Source of the DNA: Podarcis gaigeae
Taxonomy: Eukaryota
Assembly: GCA_964106915.2 (NCBI GenBank)
Contig: OZ066920.1
Length of the DNA: 64,000 bases
Direction: 5' to 3' (one strand)
In this document: piece by piece, positions 10,261 through 22,686 of the stretch
How the letters are laid out: every line of letters starts with the position of its first letter
Position numbering within the stretch: position 1 is the first letter of the stretch
Position numbers and translations under genes: made by a program
Notes under the pieces: model-generated
Seen by the model: the letters and a program-made list of their open reading frames with translations, nothing else
Told to the model about the DNA's origin: nothing
Database searches by the model: none

Positions 10261-13200
10261 CTTGACCCAGGATGTTCAAGCCCTGAAGTATTGCGTACTT
10301 CCTTTCTCTCCCCCACCCCAACCTCTGTGGACTCTACCTTAATACAAAGTCGCGTCACTGGGCCACCCGACCTGTACTGGTTGCAGTATTTAGGTAGAGG
10401 TCATCGCCACTCTTCCTAGATCCTGTTACGCTATGTCAGAGATTGAAACTAGAGGCATGTGCTGTGGCACCAGTAAGCTGCAAAGCTCATGCATGTCCCC
10501 CCTTAACTCAGCTGTGTTTGAACCAGATAAATCTCTTTTTCCTTGTAGAATTGAAAAGGTTTGACTGTAAGACCTGATACCTGGTCACCATTTTGACACA
10601 TCTAGTGAAATTACTAGCCAGTAGGCAATCGCTGGTATGACAGTTGCAGCATCAAATTCCTTAATGATGTAGCGTATCGTTGTTGTTACTATTTGTAAGA
10701 AAAGTAAGCAGTTTACAATAAAGAGGGTTTTTTTTAATAAAATGAATTGTTATTAATTTCTTGGCTTATTCTACATTTCAGTTTGAAAACTGGATTATTA
10801 AAATGGAAGCCAGACTATGACAGTGCAGCAACTGAATATTCAAAAGCAGGTATGTTCTGTAAAACGTTGGCAGTTCGTTTTTGCAACCTTAAATATGTTT
10901 CATATGTTCCCTGGCAAAGCTAACTTCTATTGGCAGTTAAAGCAGTTTGTGGATTAACTTGTTTAAATTCCTCTAACCCACAGTGCTGTTTTCTTGCAGC
11001 AGTAGCTAACTGACTACCTGCCATTGTTCCTCATTTCTGAATAAATACATAGGGTAAAAATAGGCAGGCAATATATTCGGGGGTTTGTTTGAAATGCTAG
11101 ATTGGTTTAATTTATAAAGGCTTTTCAGGAGCAAAACACTTCAGAATATCTAGGGGAAAGTATATTTCTACATTCATGGGAGCCATCATTTCTGGGGGAC
11201 CCAGGTAAGGGAAAAAACCCCAGCAGTCATTATATTAAGAAAACCAGAGGTTACCTTAGACTATTGATGGATGTCAGGTTGCACAGTATTTCCTAGTGGC
11301 TAGATGTTGGAGTGTTGTCTAATCTTCTTAGGCCAAAGTATCTCTCTTGCAGCCTAATGCTATGCCTATTTACTTGGAAGTAAGCCCTGCAGTGTGAAAT
11401 GAAGTTTAATTTCAAGTATGCGTGCATAAAGATTGTAGCCATAACATTGTGAAAGCCTTTGATGCTAAAATGTGATTTTCTTTAAGATTCATATCATTAT
11501 TCAGGATTACTACAAATAATAAAAAGTAATTCACATTTCTTTAAAATTGCAAGAAATGTATGGCATTAATTGATTTATGAATGTGATAATAAACTTGACA
11601 GGATCTGGGCAGAAATCACTTTGCTGAAGTAAAAATCCAAATTGTCTCTTAAAAGTTCCCTTCTAAATATGATTTCTGAGGTGTAGTAAATGGATATTAC
11701 TGTGTACATGCAAACACAGAATATAATATATTTTAATTTCTATTTCTTTTCAGCTGTTGCTTTTAAAAATGCCAAACAATATGATCAGGCAAAAGAAGCC
11801 TATTATAAAGAAGCTCTCTGCCAGGAAAACAATAAAGCGTATCCTTTCATTAATTCTTGCTTTGCTTAAGGGTTTGAAAACATGACTATTGGACTGTTAC
11901 TCCTTTTTTGTATTCCAAACGTTTAGTGAAATACTGATGTAATGTTTTCTATCATATTTAGGGGAGGAAATTCAAGAGGTTTCTCTGTTTACCACATGAC
12001 TCATGACCACAGCTCTTGACGAGTGCTTCTTGAGACACTAGCTTTTGCATCTCCATTGGATCTTTTGCCTTTTTCAATCAAAAGTTTGAGCTAGAAAAAC
12101 TGCTTGTCACGATGCAGAAGGGTCTGTCGCTCCACAACCAAAAGTAGTAGTTTTGAAATGATCTGGATTGTTTTGTCTTTGTGGAATTATTTGGTCCATA
12201 TATGAATGTTAACTTGTACCAATAGCATTCAAGTATCTACCCTCTTTAAAAAGAGTTCAAGATTGAATATAGTATTTATTTCAGGAAGACATGGTATAAT
12301 TTGTATCCTTGACTCAAAATGATTTACTTCCAGTCTCTTCCATGCTGCAAAGTAAGTATGAATGCAGTTTTAATTTGTTGAGAGCTCTTCAGTATATGGA
12401 AAATCTAATTGAGGTTGACACTCATCAAAATATAATTCAGCAATTCAGTGCACAGGAAGCTGGGACAAAGGAAGCTGAAATAAGTTAAGCCAGTGTAAAG
12501 TTGCACCAGAGCCAAAGCCCATTCAGCAGTGAGGAAGCTGCTCTGCCTAAGCCTGGGCAAACAAAATTAAGATTCAAGGCAAAACCTGTTTCTGGAGCAG
12601 TTACAAAGCAAATAATCAAAAAGCGCAGGTTTTTTTTAATACTCCCCCCCCCCCCAAATCCTAATTGCCATATATACTCGAGTATAAGCCGACTTTTTCA
12701 GCACATTTTTTATGCTGAAAAGGCTCCCCCTCGGCTTATACTCGAGTGAGGTGGGCAGCGGCAACAGAGGGACGAGCTACCTGAAAGGAGCCCTTTCTTG
12801 CCGCTGGTCCCACTGCTGCTGCCCGCCTCTCGCAATGGCAGGCGCTGCCCTGTGCCTCTCCCATCTGTGGGTCCCATGCCTACTCTTGCAAGCGGCAGAG
12901 GCAGCAGTGGAGGGATGAGCGGCCCGAAAGGAACCCTTTCGGGCTGCTCCTTCCTCCTCCTCCACCTTTGCCGCTGTCGGCAGTGGCAGAGGAGGAATCT
13001 TTCGGAGTGCTTGTTCTTCCACCGCCGCTACCGCCACCACCAGGTTTGTGGTGTGGTGAACCGGCTTATACTCGAGTCAATAAGTTTTCCCAGTTTTTTG
13101 TGCTAAAATTAGGTGCCTCGGCTTATATTTGGGTCGGCTTATACTCGAGTATATACGGTACCTTGTGAGTTTTCTCGCATATTACAAAATTAGGTAGCAA

Positions 13201-16200
13201 TAAGAGATGTACGGTTATGCATCTACTTTATATTTTACTCTTTTAAAAAAAGGGACTTAATTTTTCCCCCGTGGACAGCCAGTGAGCTCCCCACACATCA
13301 TCTCATGGGAGAGAGCTATAAATTCCCATTTCAAGCCAAATCATGAAGCAAAAATCAAAGCACATGTAATTTAGATGTCTGGTTCTGTGCTGCATATTGC
13401 AGCGGAGTGAATAAGCTCCAAGGTGCCTGCATCTTAGGATTGTCTGTCCTATATTCTTTGGTATGATACACTTTCAGCACTGATTGAATTTTGCTTTGCT
13501 TTTCAGAGCTTATGAACAAGTTGGCATGATGTTAAAGGTATGGCCATTTCCAGTCAAACTATATTTGATTTGGTTACAACTAATTATTGGGTGTTTGTCC
13601 TGTGCAATGCTAATCCTGTAGTTTGATAAACTCGGGGTTTTTTGTGGGGGTTTTTTTTTTTTGAGATTTTGATTAGATTTTGCCAGGTTGCTAGGTCACA
13701 TGACCAAGCTGAAATGGGTTTGGAATAAGTTTAGATAGTTTCTTTCCCTGCCCCTGGCTCTCCTTTTTCGGTACTTATACCAGTGCAACTGAGCCAGGGT
13801 AGCAAGCCCAAGGTCTTCCAAATCCAAACTATTTCATTCTGGTGGCTCTTGGGTTTCAATTGTGCTGCTTGTATGATCCATTTATCAGCGAAGCCAGTAC
13901 TTGTGATCTCAATCAGTACTACTTAATTGTCTTAAATTCAAGGACTCCTAACATCTTCATTGCCCTGTTTACTTCAAAGTAATTTTAATAGTAATATTAA
14001 TAGGAAGGTGGTTCCTGGTAAGGAATTTCAACCTTTGTTGACTTGAAAGTCAGCTAATCTGTATTTAAAAGCTGTATCTTTTCAGCATGAAGAAATTTAC
14101 ACTTTTTGGTTAGGATAAAAGTGAGGGAAGGATATTTAGCTAACCTATTAAATAAACCTTTTCCAGGTGATTCTCACACGCATAGCCAATGCTTGAACCA
14201 CCACAGATCAACAACATAGGAAGTTTTCATATTGCCTCAAATGCAGTGCATCTTCGTGAAATACATACATTTAGATTTAAATCATAGTGTTGACATAAAA
14301 TTGTATAAATGGGTGTTTGCAGTTGCCCCTAGTCATTCACTCTTTGCAAACTATACGATTCTTGCAGGAATTTCTTTGCCTTTTTAATGTTTCCATCTAC
14401 TAAAGATTGTTGTACTGATTTTTATCAAAGGGTTTAACAAAACTTTTAATAGTTTCAAATATGCAATGATGTGATAAAACTAAATGAAAGTATTAGATAG
14501 ACCTTGATTTGCCGTTTTTCCTGACAAACGTGAATCTCTTTCTTTCTCCTTTAGGAGATGAAACAACATCATGATGCAGTGGAAATGATTCAGAGAGCCA
14601 GCATGATGTACCTGGAGAATGGAACACCTGACACAGCAGCTATAGCCCTGGATCGGGCTGGGAAGTAAGTCTGCAAACTCAAAGCATTGGTTTCTTTTCT
14701 GGAAAAGAAGTTTGATTTATCTAGTTTGCTTTAAAAAAAAAAGCCATCAAGCTAAATAATAATGTTGACTTTTTATTTCAGAGTAATAGAAAATATAAAT
14801 CCAGACAAGGCTATACAACTTTATCAGCAGACAGCAGCAGTGTTTGAAGTAAGTCGCCTGAAAGCAATATAGTATGTTCCCCAGGAAATGTGTTGAGAAT
14901 GGCAGAGAATAAAATTTAAAAGGTGAACAGCAGTCAAGTCCTGTTGCAAAAGAGTGAAACTTCAGATGTGCTTATTAAATGTCTTCTTGTCTCTGGTCTT
15001 TCTGACAGCACTGCTGAATTCTTTTTTTGCATGAGTCTTGCTACTTTCATCAGCAAATGTCATTTGCTTTGTATAGTATATATGCCATAAGAGTAGATAA
15101 CAAAGCCTAAATGGGGCTAGAAAATTGGGGTCCAAGCTTGGCAAACAGGTAAACAGGCAAGCTATCTGTCTTCACCTTCTCAACTCACGACAAACAGTTT
15201 TTAAAATGCAATGTTTACCTTGCAGGGCCTACATTTATTCCATTAAATGCTGCAACTTTTCTGGAATTTCATGTTCCAGTTAAGCTTACTCAGAGAGGTT
15301 TGGGTAACCCAGCTGATAGAGCTGTGTATTAAGGCAAGTAAACTGGAGAGAATTTTACCTGACAAATCATTAATGTTCTTGTATGATTTTGGTTTCTTAT
15401 CTAGAATGAAGAACGTTTACGACAAGCAGTTGAAATGTATGGAAAAGCTTCAAGGCTTTTAGTCAGAGGTCGCAGGTGGGCATCCTAACTTTTGTATTCC
15501 TTTTTTAAAATGAAATCATTCTCATGGCACTGCCAGCTGATGAAGCTATTGCATAAATTCACAGTTGATCATTAAATTATTGCATGATATCTAGATGACA
15601 TTCATCCATGTTGGGGTGGGGGAATTACAATTTCCTAGCTTGCAGACTTTTAAATTGTCTTCTTGGGAAATAGATTCTTCCTGTAGAATGGCATCTACTA
15701 TAACTGACTTTCAAATGAAACAGATATTTCATTTAAGAATTAAAATGTTGTGGGCTTCTATTGGCTGGTAACTGCAAAGTCACTGAAGCCAAAGGAGACA
15801 AACTCATTCCTTTCGTGTCCACTTACCATTCTTTAAAAAAAATACAACAAACATTGAAAATGGGCAAAGCTATCCCTATCTCAGTAATGTTTCATTTAGC
15901 TCAGTTGCTAGAATGTGAGAATCTTAATCTCAAGATTGAGGGTTTGAGTCCCATGTTGGGCAGAAAGATTCCTGCATTGCAGGAGTTTGGAGTAGACCTC
16001 ATGGTCCCTTCCAACTCTACAATTCTAAGATTCTACTGCCTTTTCTTTAGAGCTGTATATGCTCATTGAATCCCATCTCCCCAGCAGCAAAATTAGTCTG
16101 GGTTCGGGAGATAAAGGTCATTCTCATTGGCACTCAATTAGGGCTAGCACCACTAAAACATACAGATCATAATCATTTCTTCCTGTACATCTGTAATGGT

Positions 16201-19200
16201 GTCAGCCACACTTTCCATATCCCAGTGCTCATGTGGCTGTATTAGACACAGTCATCCAAATGCATTGCAGGTAGTATAAATCTGTCCTGGCTTTTCACCA
16301 TTTCCTTATACTCCAGCATGTGTTTTGTAAGGAAGTGGTTCCTTCAGCTTTACGTTCAGTATGGGCTCACTGTAACTGCACATGAGCTCATGTCTTGCTT
16401 GGATGTTGAGCGGCCTTTTTGGAAAATGGACAGCTAAGGAGTGATTTTCTCTCCTGATTCCTGCTGTTCCTTTCTTTAAATGTACCAATCCTTCTCATTG
16501 TCTTTCAGACTAGATGAGGCTGCAGTATCTATTCAGAAGGAAAAGAGTCTTTATAAAGATATTGAAAACTATCCAACTTGTTACAAGGTATAAAGCCAGG
16601 TGGTCTCTATATCTGTTTCTGAACAGGTGCTCTCTCTTTTTTTTTTTGAATAACACTAATTTGTAAGCTCACATCTAATTGAACAACGTTAGATGTATTC
16701 CTCACTAGAAATCATACACACGCTAATCTCTAGTCTTAAAACAGTTGGAAATGTTAAAATTGGTTCATGTTTTTGTTTTTTGTTTTAAAGTACTCTAAAA
16801 AAAACAACAACCATCAAACTTGGAAGCTGATTTTTTAAAAAATATTGGCCTGCTCTATATTTTATGTAGTGTTATAATTGTAAAATCTGACATCTTTGAA
16901 AATCCCAAATATCTATGGATTGGGTGGAGTAAGTCTTATTTTACCCTGCATAACTTTTGTGCCATGCCTTGGTTATTTAATTCACTTGTGTGTGACTAGC
17001 AGAGTCTGTTGTTAGGTGCTAGCAGGGTTTCAGGTTCAGCTTTCATGGGACCCTGTTTATTTTAAGCTACAAGCATCTTCCGTGTACCGATGTGATCATT
17101 GTGTTCAATGCTTGCTGATGAATGTATGAGGAGTACCTTCAAAATTACATCCTTAGTTTGGTGAAGAAGAGGCAAAGTAGCCTAATGCCCAAAGTACATA
17201 ATCTGTAATGATCCAAGTCCTCTTAAATAGCAAAAGGCGTATTTATTTTATGTCTTTCTATAATTGAAACAGTTATGGAGAGTTATTTAATGCTAAACTT
17301 TGCTCAGAAAATAGCAGGCCAAACATCTGTTGCCAAGAACCTGGTCATTTTTCTGAAAGAAAAAAATCACCCTTAATTCTTCAAAAATCACCCTTAATTT
17401 TTTCTTTTCTTTTTTGAGATGCTGACATTTATATTTTTTCTATTGAATCCATTAAACTGAGAAATTAATACTGCTTTGTTATTAGAGAGTGAATCAGTCA
17501 TTTTTTTTTTCCTTTTAGAAAACTATTGCTCAGGTCTTAGTTCATCTTCACAGAAATGACTATGTTGCTGCAGAAAAATGTGTCAGGGAAAGTTGTAGGT
17601 AAGTCATCTGTTTGCCTGATTTGTTTTTAATTTTTAAAAGCATAGCTGTGTTCTTCATCATCTTATGCTCTGTATTTCTGTTACTGGCATAAGCGCTGAA
17701 TGCAGGATTCGTTGGCACGTCCTCTTATTGAGAAACGCTCCTTGCCTATAAAAGAGTGACAATAAATTTGTTCCTCGTCTTAATATCAAATTGTTACATC
17801 TACAAAACTCATTTGTTGGTTTAGAAAGTAAGCTGCTCATTCATTCATTCATTTGGTACTCTTAGGCATTTGGGTCCCAAAGACTTTATATGATAGTACT
17901 AACACATTGAATTTGGCTGGTAGCTGCCTGGTAGCCAGAGCCAAGCTTTCAGAACCAGGTGACACAAGATTCCATTGGGCTTGCCCCACTTACTAATCTA
18001 GCAGCTTCATTCTGCATTAGCTGGACCACTTCAGGAGCATCCCTACATAGAACCCATTACGTTAGTCTAAGTGGGGCCAAGCTATTCAGTTCCAGGAACA
18101 GCCATAGCTAGCAAACTAGCCTACACAAGGCCTAAGCACTCCTAGCCACAGGAGCTACTTTAGATCAACTCCTGCCATTACAGGTGGAACACCTAGTTCT
18201 TAGATATGGGAACCTGCCCACCTACAGCATTTCCTTCTTACTAGAATTGAGCCTCAGTTTATTAGCCGCAATCCATGCCTTCTCGGCTTCAGTGTACCTC
18301 CATAGCCTCTCTTGATTCGGATGGGAATGGAGAAATAAAGCTGTGTGAACCATACAGATGACACTATGCTCTAATTCCCAAGATCCCAGTGGTTTAATCA
18401 TAATTAAAACTTGCGCAGAACAATCAGATAAAAGCAGTGTTAAAATCAGTCAATGCATGCTGGTATATCTGGGTCTACAAATGGTACAGTTGGCACTAAG
18501 CAAATCTCCTTAGGGAGAACATCTCAAAGATAGGGTGCCACCACCTAAAAGGCTGTTGTCTTGGTCACTTCCCATCTAACTTCAGTTGGTGCGGGAAACC
18601 AGGATAGGGCTTCTGATTAAGAATGCAGAATCTAGGCAGGGTCATATTGTAGGAAGTGGTTGTTTAGGTACTTCTCAGGCCCTGATTCTCACATCTTCCA
18701 TTTTCTTGTTTGTACCTTATATGGAAATTTAGTTTCTTTGCTTTGAGTGAAGTAATTTAAATAATACTGCAATTGCTTCAGCATACCAGGCTTCAGTGAA
18801 AGTGAAGACTGTGCTGCATTGGAGCAGCTCCTAGAGGGGTATGATCAGCAAGACCAGGACCAAGTATCAGATGTTTGCAATTCACCACTCTTTAAATACA
18901 TGGACAATGATGTAAGTTGGTGTCTCAGTTTATTTTCTTAAGAAGAATATATTAACTGATTATTTTGATCCACAGGGTGTTTTGTACTGACAAATAGTAA
19001 GTTGCAATGCTGTGCATAAATGTGGCATTTCCTGTGATACACGAGTATTCAAGTCACTGCCAAAGCTAAAGTCTGAATGGGCTGTGGGTAGTATCTTGTC
19101 ACCTTGGTCATACAACTTTTTTTTCAGAGGGCCTTTTCCTTCTAGAAAAAGATTGGCTGTAACATAGGTTTGTAAATACTGATTTCAAATTGCAGAGATG

Positions 19201-19657
19201 GGCCTTCCTTTACATTGCTTGTGTTTTTAATGACTTAATGTCTTATGATTTTATTATTGCAATTGTTAATGGCTTTGTAGATTAAAAATTTGAGATAAAA
19301 TAGTGAGAAATAATCACGGTGCCCTGGGACACAGATGAATGTGTCCACTGTTTGTATTCTGTTACTTTTCCTTAGAGTAGTATTAGTGGGGTGCTGGCAC
19401 TTGCTAATTAACCATTCTGTTACTTTATGAAAATACTCATATTGACTGCAGAAGAGTAAGTTAAACAGGGCATGTGTGCTCAACATCTTGTTCTTGCCCT
19501 CTGCCAGTATGCCAAGCTTGGCCTCTCATTGGCTGTCCCAGGAGGAGGTGTGAAGAAGAAATCCCCAGTTACTCCACAGGGCAAAGTGGGTGAACCAGGT
19601 GAAGGAGGTTCCCGTGGAAATGAGGAAGATGATGATTATGCAAGTGGACTGCTGTAA
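9832..19657 (+). CDS. NAPG: NAPG, gamma-soluble NSF attachment protein (gamma-SNAP); complete 12-exon CDS, 945 nt, 314 aa
   Basis: Joined exons read MAAQKINEGLEHIAKAEKYLKTGLLKWKPDYDSAATEYSKAAVAFKNAK...YMDNDYAKLGLSLAVPGGGVKKK...DDDYASGLL*, recognisable as vertebrate gamma-SNAP. All introns are GT-AG with consistent phases. Adjacent to PIEZO2 as in other amniotes. Confidence 0.97.
10782..10849 (+). CDS. NAPG: NAPG exon 2 (LKTGLLKWKPDYDSAATEYSKA)
   Basis: ttcag acceptor, G|gtatgt donor, 68 nt. Confidence 0.95.
11754..11838 (+). CDS. NAPG: NAPG exon 3 (VAFKNAKQYDQAKEAYYKEALCQENNKA)
   Basis: tttcag acceptor; donor GC|gtatccttt (U12-type); 85 nt. Confidence 0.93.
11839..12333 (+). other. NAPG: U12-type (minor spliceosome) GT-AG intron of NAPG
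   Basis: 5' site GTATCCTTT matches the U12 consensus; branch site TCCTTGAC at 12306-12313, about 20 nt before the cag; no long polypyrimidine tract. Confidence 0.9.
12334..12351 (+). CDS. NAPG: NAPG exon 4, 18-nt microexon (LFHAAK)
   Basis: cag|TCTCTTCCATGCTGCAAA|gtaagt; supplies the ALFHAAK motif and keeps frame between exons 3 and 5. Confidence 0.92.
12668..13158. mobile_element. Tc1/mariner-type MITE with GC-rich interior, in NAPG intron 4
   Basis: TIRs CCATATATACTCGAGTATAAGCCGAC ... GTCGGCTTATACTCGAGTATATACGG|TA; extra internal copies of GGCTTATACTCGAGT. Confidence 0.85.
13507..13537 (+). CDS. NAPG: NAPG exon 5 (AYEQVGMMLK)
   Basis: tttcag acceptor, AAG|gtatgg donor, 31 nt. Confidence 0.93.
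14555..14664 (+). CDS. NAPG: NAPG exon 6 (EMKQHHDAVEMIQRASMMYLENGTPDTAAIALDRAGK)
   Basis: ttag acceptor, gtaagt donor, 110 nt. Confidence 0.95.
14782..14848 (+). CDS. NAPG: NAPG exon 7 (VIENINPDKAIQLYQQTAAVFE)
   Basis: ttcag acceptor, gtaagt donor, 67 nt. Confidence 0.95.
15405..15475 (+). CDS. NAPG: NAPG exon 8 (NEERLRQAVEMYGKASRLLVRGRR)
   Basis: ctag acceptor, AG|gtgggc donor, 71 nt. Confidence 0.95.
15893..16034 (+). mobile_element. tRNA-Lys(CTT)-derived SINE with CR1-type tail
   Basis: TAGCTCAGTT...TCTTAATCTCAAG...GGGTTTGAGTCCCATGTTGGGC resembles tRNA-Lys, followed by GGTCCCTTCCAACTCTACAATTCTAAGATTCT (CR1 3' end). Confidence 0.75.
16509..16587 (+). CDS. NAPG: NAPG exon 9 (LDEAAVSIQKEKSLYKDIENYPTCYK)
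   Basis: tttcag acceptor, AAG|gtataa donor, 79 nt. Confidence 0.95.
17519..17598 (+). CDS. NAPG: NAPG exon 10 (KTIAQVLVHLHRNDYVAAEKCVRESCS)
   Basis: ttttag acceptor, AG|gtaagt donor, 80 nt. Confidence 0.95.
17950..18670 (-). mobile_element. Old L2-like LINE fragments in NAPG intron 10
   Basis: Decayed similarity to the other L2 copies in the window; boundaries approximate. Confidence 0.4.
18782..18911 (+). CDS. NAPG: NAPG exon 11 (IPGFSESEDCAALEQLLEGYDQQDQDQVSDVCNSPLFKYMDND)
   Basis: ttcag acceptor, gtaagt donor, 130 nt. Confidence 0.95.
19508..19657 (+). CDS. NAPG: NAPG last coding exon (YAKLGLSLAVPGGGVKKK...DDDYASGLL*)
   Basis: ctgccag acceptor; TAA at 19655-19657; matches ORF 19472..19657. 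Confidence 0.95.
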   Translation, partial: YAKLGLSLAVPGGGVKKKSPVTPQGKVGEPGEGGSRGNEEDDDYASGLL

Positions 19658-19868
19658 CTCCAGTACAACTCTACTCTTAAATGTCAACCTAGCTGTTTCT
19701 GGCAGTGAGCAATTCTGGAAGCTGCCGAATTACCATCACTTCATTGCAATCAGTAAATTGGAAATATAACAATTTGTGTGCTTCTGGAAAACTTGTACGG
19801 AAAGCATGGTTGTACATTTTGAAGTCTTCTTGAGTTACAGTCCTACATTTTTTCAGTGCATCTGCTTT

Positions 19869-19874
19869 AATAAA
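19869..19874 (+). terminator. Candidate proximal polyadenylation signal (AATAAA) of NAPG
   Basis: First AATAAA about 210 nt after the stop. Distal candidates exist (ATTAAA 20951, AATAAA 22221 and 22262), so usage is not determined. Confidence 0.4.
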
Positions 19875-22447
19875 GAATTTTGAGTATTACAGTTTATTCA
19901 AAAGGGGAAGTGGGTTTGGATGATGGCATTTACCTTCAGATAATTCTCTCTAGATGTTTAGTTTCAGGGCCTATTGCTTCATGCTCTGATATTCCTTGGA
20001 GTTCAGGCAAAGGAGTGTTAAGCATTTTTTTGAACAACACACACTAAACAGTGTGGAACACCTTAAACTATGTTGGATATCCCTTTTCCCAGATGACCCT
20101 AATATTTTCTGAAACATAATGTATATAGAAGGTTTATGGGCCAGTGTTGGGAAGGCATAATCAGTTCTTTAGAAGCATAAATAGTGAAAACTAGTTTTCT
20201 GAGTAACACAACACCTCTATAGATAAACTGGAAAAGAAAACTTGTTTTCTTTTGGATATCACATACTTTAGTTATGGAATAGTTAGTTTTGCCCATTTCT
20301 GGGCAAAAAAGGACCCCATACTCATTGGTATGCAAATGATATGCTTTTCATATTCAGAGAATATCTAACATTATGAACTTGCAGATTTTCCAGGGAGAAG
20401 TAATATGCCACAGGAGAAGGATCTTGAAATGTGTTCAATAACATTCCTAGTCGCTTTCAGCTGTGTTGATTGAACATCATGAACACAATTCCCTGTTAAT
20501 CGCATCCCTTGCCATAGGGTAATGTTTACTTTCACAGGTAATTCAAATACTGCTGTTTTTGTCAAGTATAGACTTGCACTATTATGTATTGTGTGAGGAA
20601 AGGAGCATGACTGTAAAACACTGCTGCTTTTTGAGGTGTGTGTGGGGTGGGGGGACAGTAAATTCTTAAATCACACATTCAGACGTTTATGGAGAGATGT
20701 TTGTAACCCAATGAGTATAACAGTTTTGAACTAGGCCCACTTCCTATTTTCACGGTACATGGAAATCTTCAGGGATATAAAACTGAATTTGTGTGCAATG
20801 AAACTACATTTTTACAAAGGATTGCAATGACACTTTCAGAATTGAAATTTGTGAAGTTGAGTGTAACTTAAAATGCGTAATGTCTATATTTTTTGACCTA
20901 CAGACCTTTATTTTAGCTGGCAAAAATGTAATGGAAACCCTAGTATCTTTATTAAATGTTAAACAGTAATCAGCACTTTCTGATAATATGTGTTTTAGTG
21001 TTTGTTTCCCAAAGCACTGTACACACTTCCTTTGACTAAGAGAGAAAATGCAGCAAAGAAGGTTTTGAGGAATAATGCCAACTTTTCAAGAGCCAAAGCA
21101 TGTGTTGGTTTGCATGAAGATGCTAAAATGTAGTCCAATACTATGAAAGTAAATAACTATAAATTATTGAATACTGCTCATTTGTACACCCGGATGTTGT
21201 GTAAACTGTGTTTTATGCAATGTGAAACCTGTACTTTAATTGTAATTCTGCCTGGCCTTTCCGTGGGATGCAGTAGAGTATAAAAAATGTTGTAATTCTC
21301 TACAAGATCCAGCCTCCCTGTAATTCAGCTGTAAAAAAAAATCTTAAAACAAGAAGTTTCTGTGTGTGCTTTTATGATGATTGTGATCAGTTTGATCCAT
21401 TGGGGTGCTGAAACGTTAATGGAACTGAAAATATCAAACCTCAGTGGTTGAGGTGAAAAACTAGTGTTACTCAATGAACAGAAGTTACTTAGGCTGTTTA
21501 CAGAATCTGTTAATCCTGTCACTAGAATTTCTCAAATGCTTTTATGGTATAATCTTTAAATCTTCCAAGTGAGAAGTAATTTGAATATTGGCAGTCACTA
21601 GCTAGATCAGGCACTTCTCAACTGTTTCTCTTTTAAGGGGTCTTGTAAATAATGAGAAGTTTGTTGCTTCTGTATATGGAAGGTCACATACAAACTATAA
21701 AATGAATGACCTAGAATGAACACTTTCTAATAGGCTACACAAAATTGTACTGGCTCTTGGGTATGACCAATTGACTTTAAGAATGCTTTGGTGTGCGTTT
21801 GTTTATTCTAATAACTGAGTTGACCTGTGGTGCTTTCAGAAGAAAATGTCCCATTTGGGGCTTCTGTTCGGCAGTTTATGGATTTAGATTTGCAGTATAG
21901 TATAATTATTGCCACAAGATGGTGCTGTGGTTTAGACAAAAGTGTGTTGTTTTTACTCTACCCTTCTCTGTGAATGCAGTGAACATGAAAAACTCTCTTA
22001 AATCAAGATTTATACCTTGCCTTTGGATCAAAAGATCCTCAATATCTGCTTCTAACAGATTGCAGCAATGCAGAACTACCCTTCCACCTGCAACTTACTC
22101 TATATATGTTCATAGGTTACATGATAGCATGTATATAAACACATGTTGCCATGGAGATGTCCCACTGGGATGTTGCATTGCACTTCAATTAGCAGAAGAT
22201 CAGTCTCCATTCAAACTCCAAATAAATGTGTGTATTATACAGCACCAACATCACATCAGAGAATAAAATAGCCATGCGGCTTGAATTGCCAAAATGGTTA
22301 CAAAGAATGAAATGGTTAGTTGAGACAATCCCCAGGCATAGATCAAGTGTGTTTCCTGAGTTTCAAAGTGACCTGAGGCTGAGTCAGTATTGAGTTTCTT
22401 GAAGTAGCTAGGAATGGGTCCTTAGATACAAATCATAGTCCACTTTC

Positions 22448-22686
22448 GTAGAATCATCTAACTGCAACCCTCAGCAATGCAGGAATCTCGATTAAAGCGT
22501 CTGTGACAGATGGCCATTCAACCTTCTTAAAAACCTCCAAGGAAGGAGGGTCCACTACCTTCCAAGGTTCTACTGTCAAAACAGTTCTTACCATCATAAA
22601 GTTCTTCCTGATGTTTAGTCAGAATCTCCTTGTATCTTGAAGCCATTGGTTCAGATCATACCCTCTGGAGCAGGAGAAAACAAGGA
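22448..22686 (-). mobile_element. CR1 LINE 3' fragment
   Basis: TAGAATCAT tail and ...AAAAACCTCCAAGGAAGGAG...AAGTTCTTCCTGATGTTTAG..., typical of an antisense CR1 ORF2 end. Confidence 0.7.

Noticed and set aside
9601-10342. Overlapping long ORFs (up to 206 aa) on both strands
   Set aside because: By-product of the stop-poor CpG island; only 9832-9887 matches a protein and has a splice donor.
15893-15963. tRNA-Lys gene
   Set aside because: Degenerate stems and B-box, and fused to a CR1 tail: a SINE head, not a functional tRNA.
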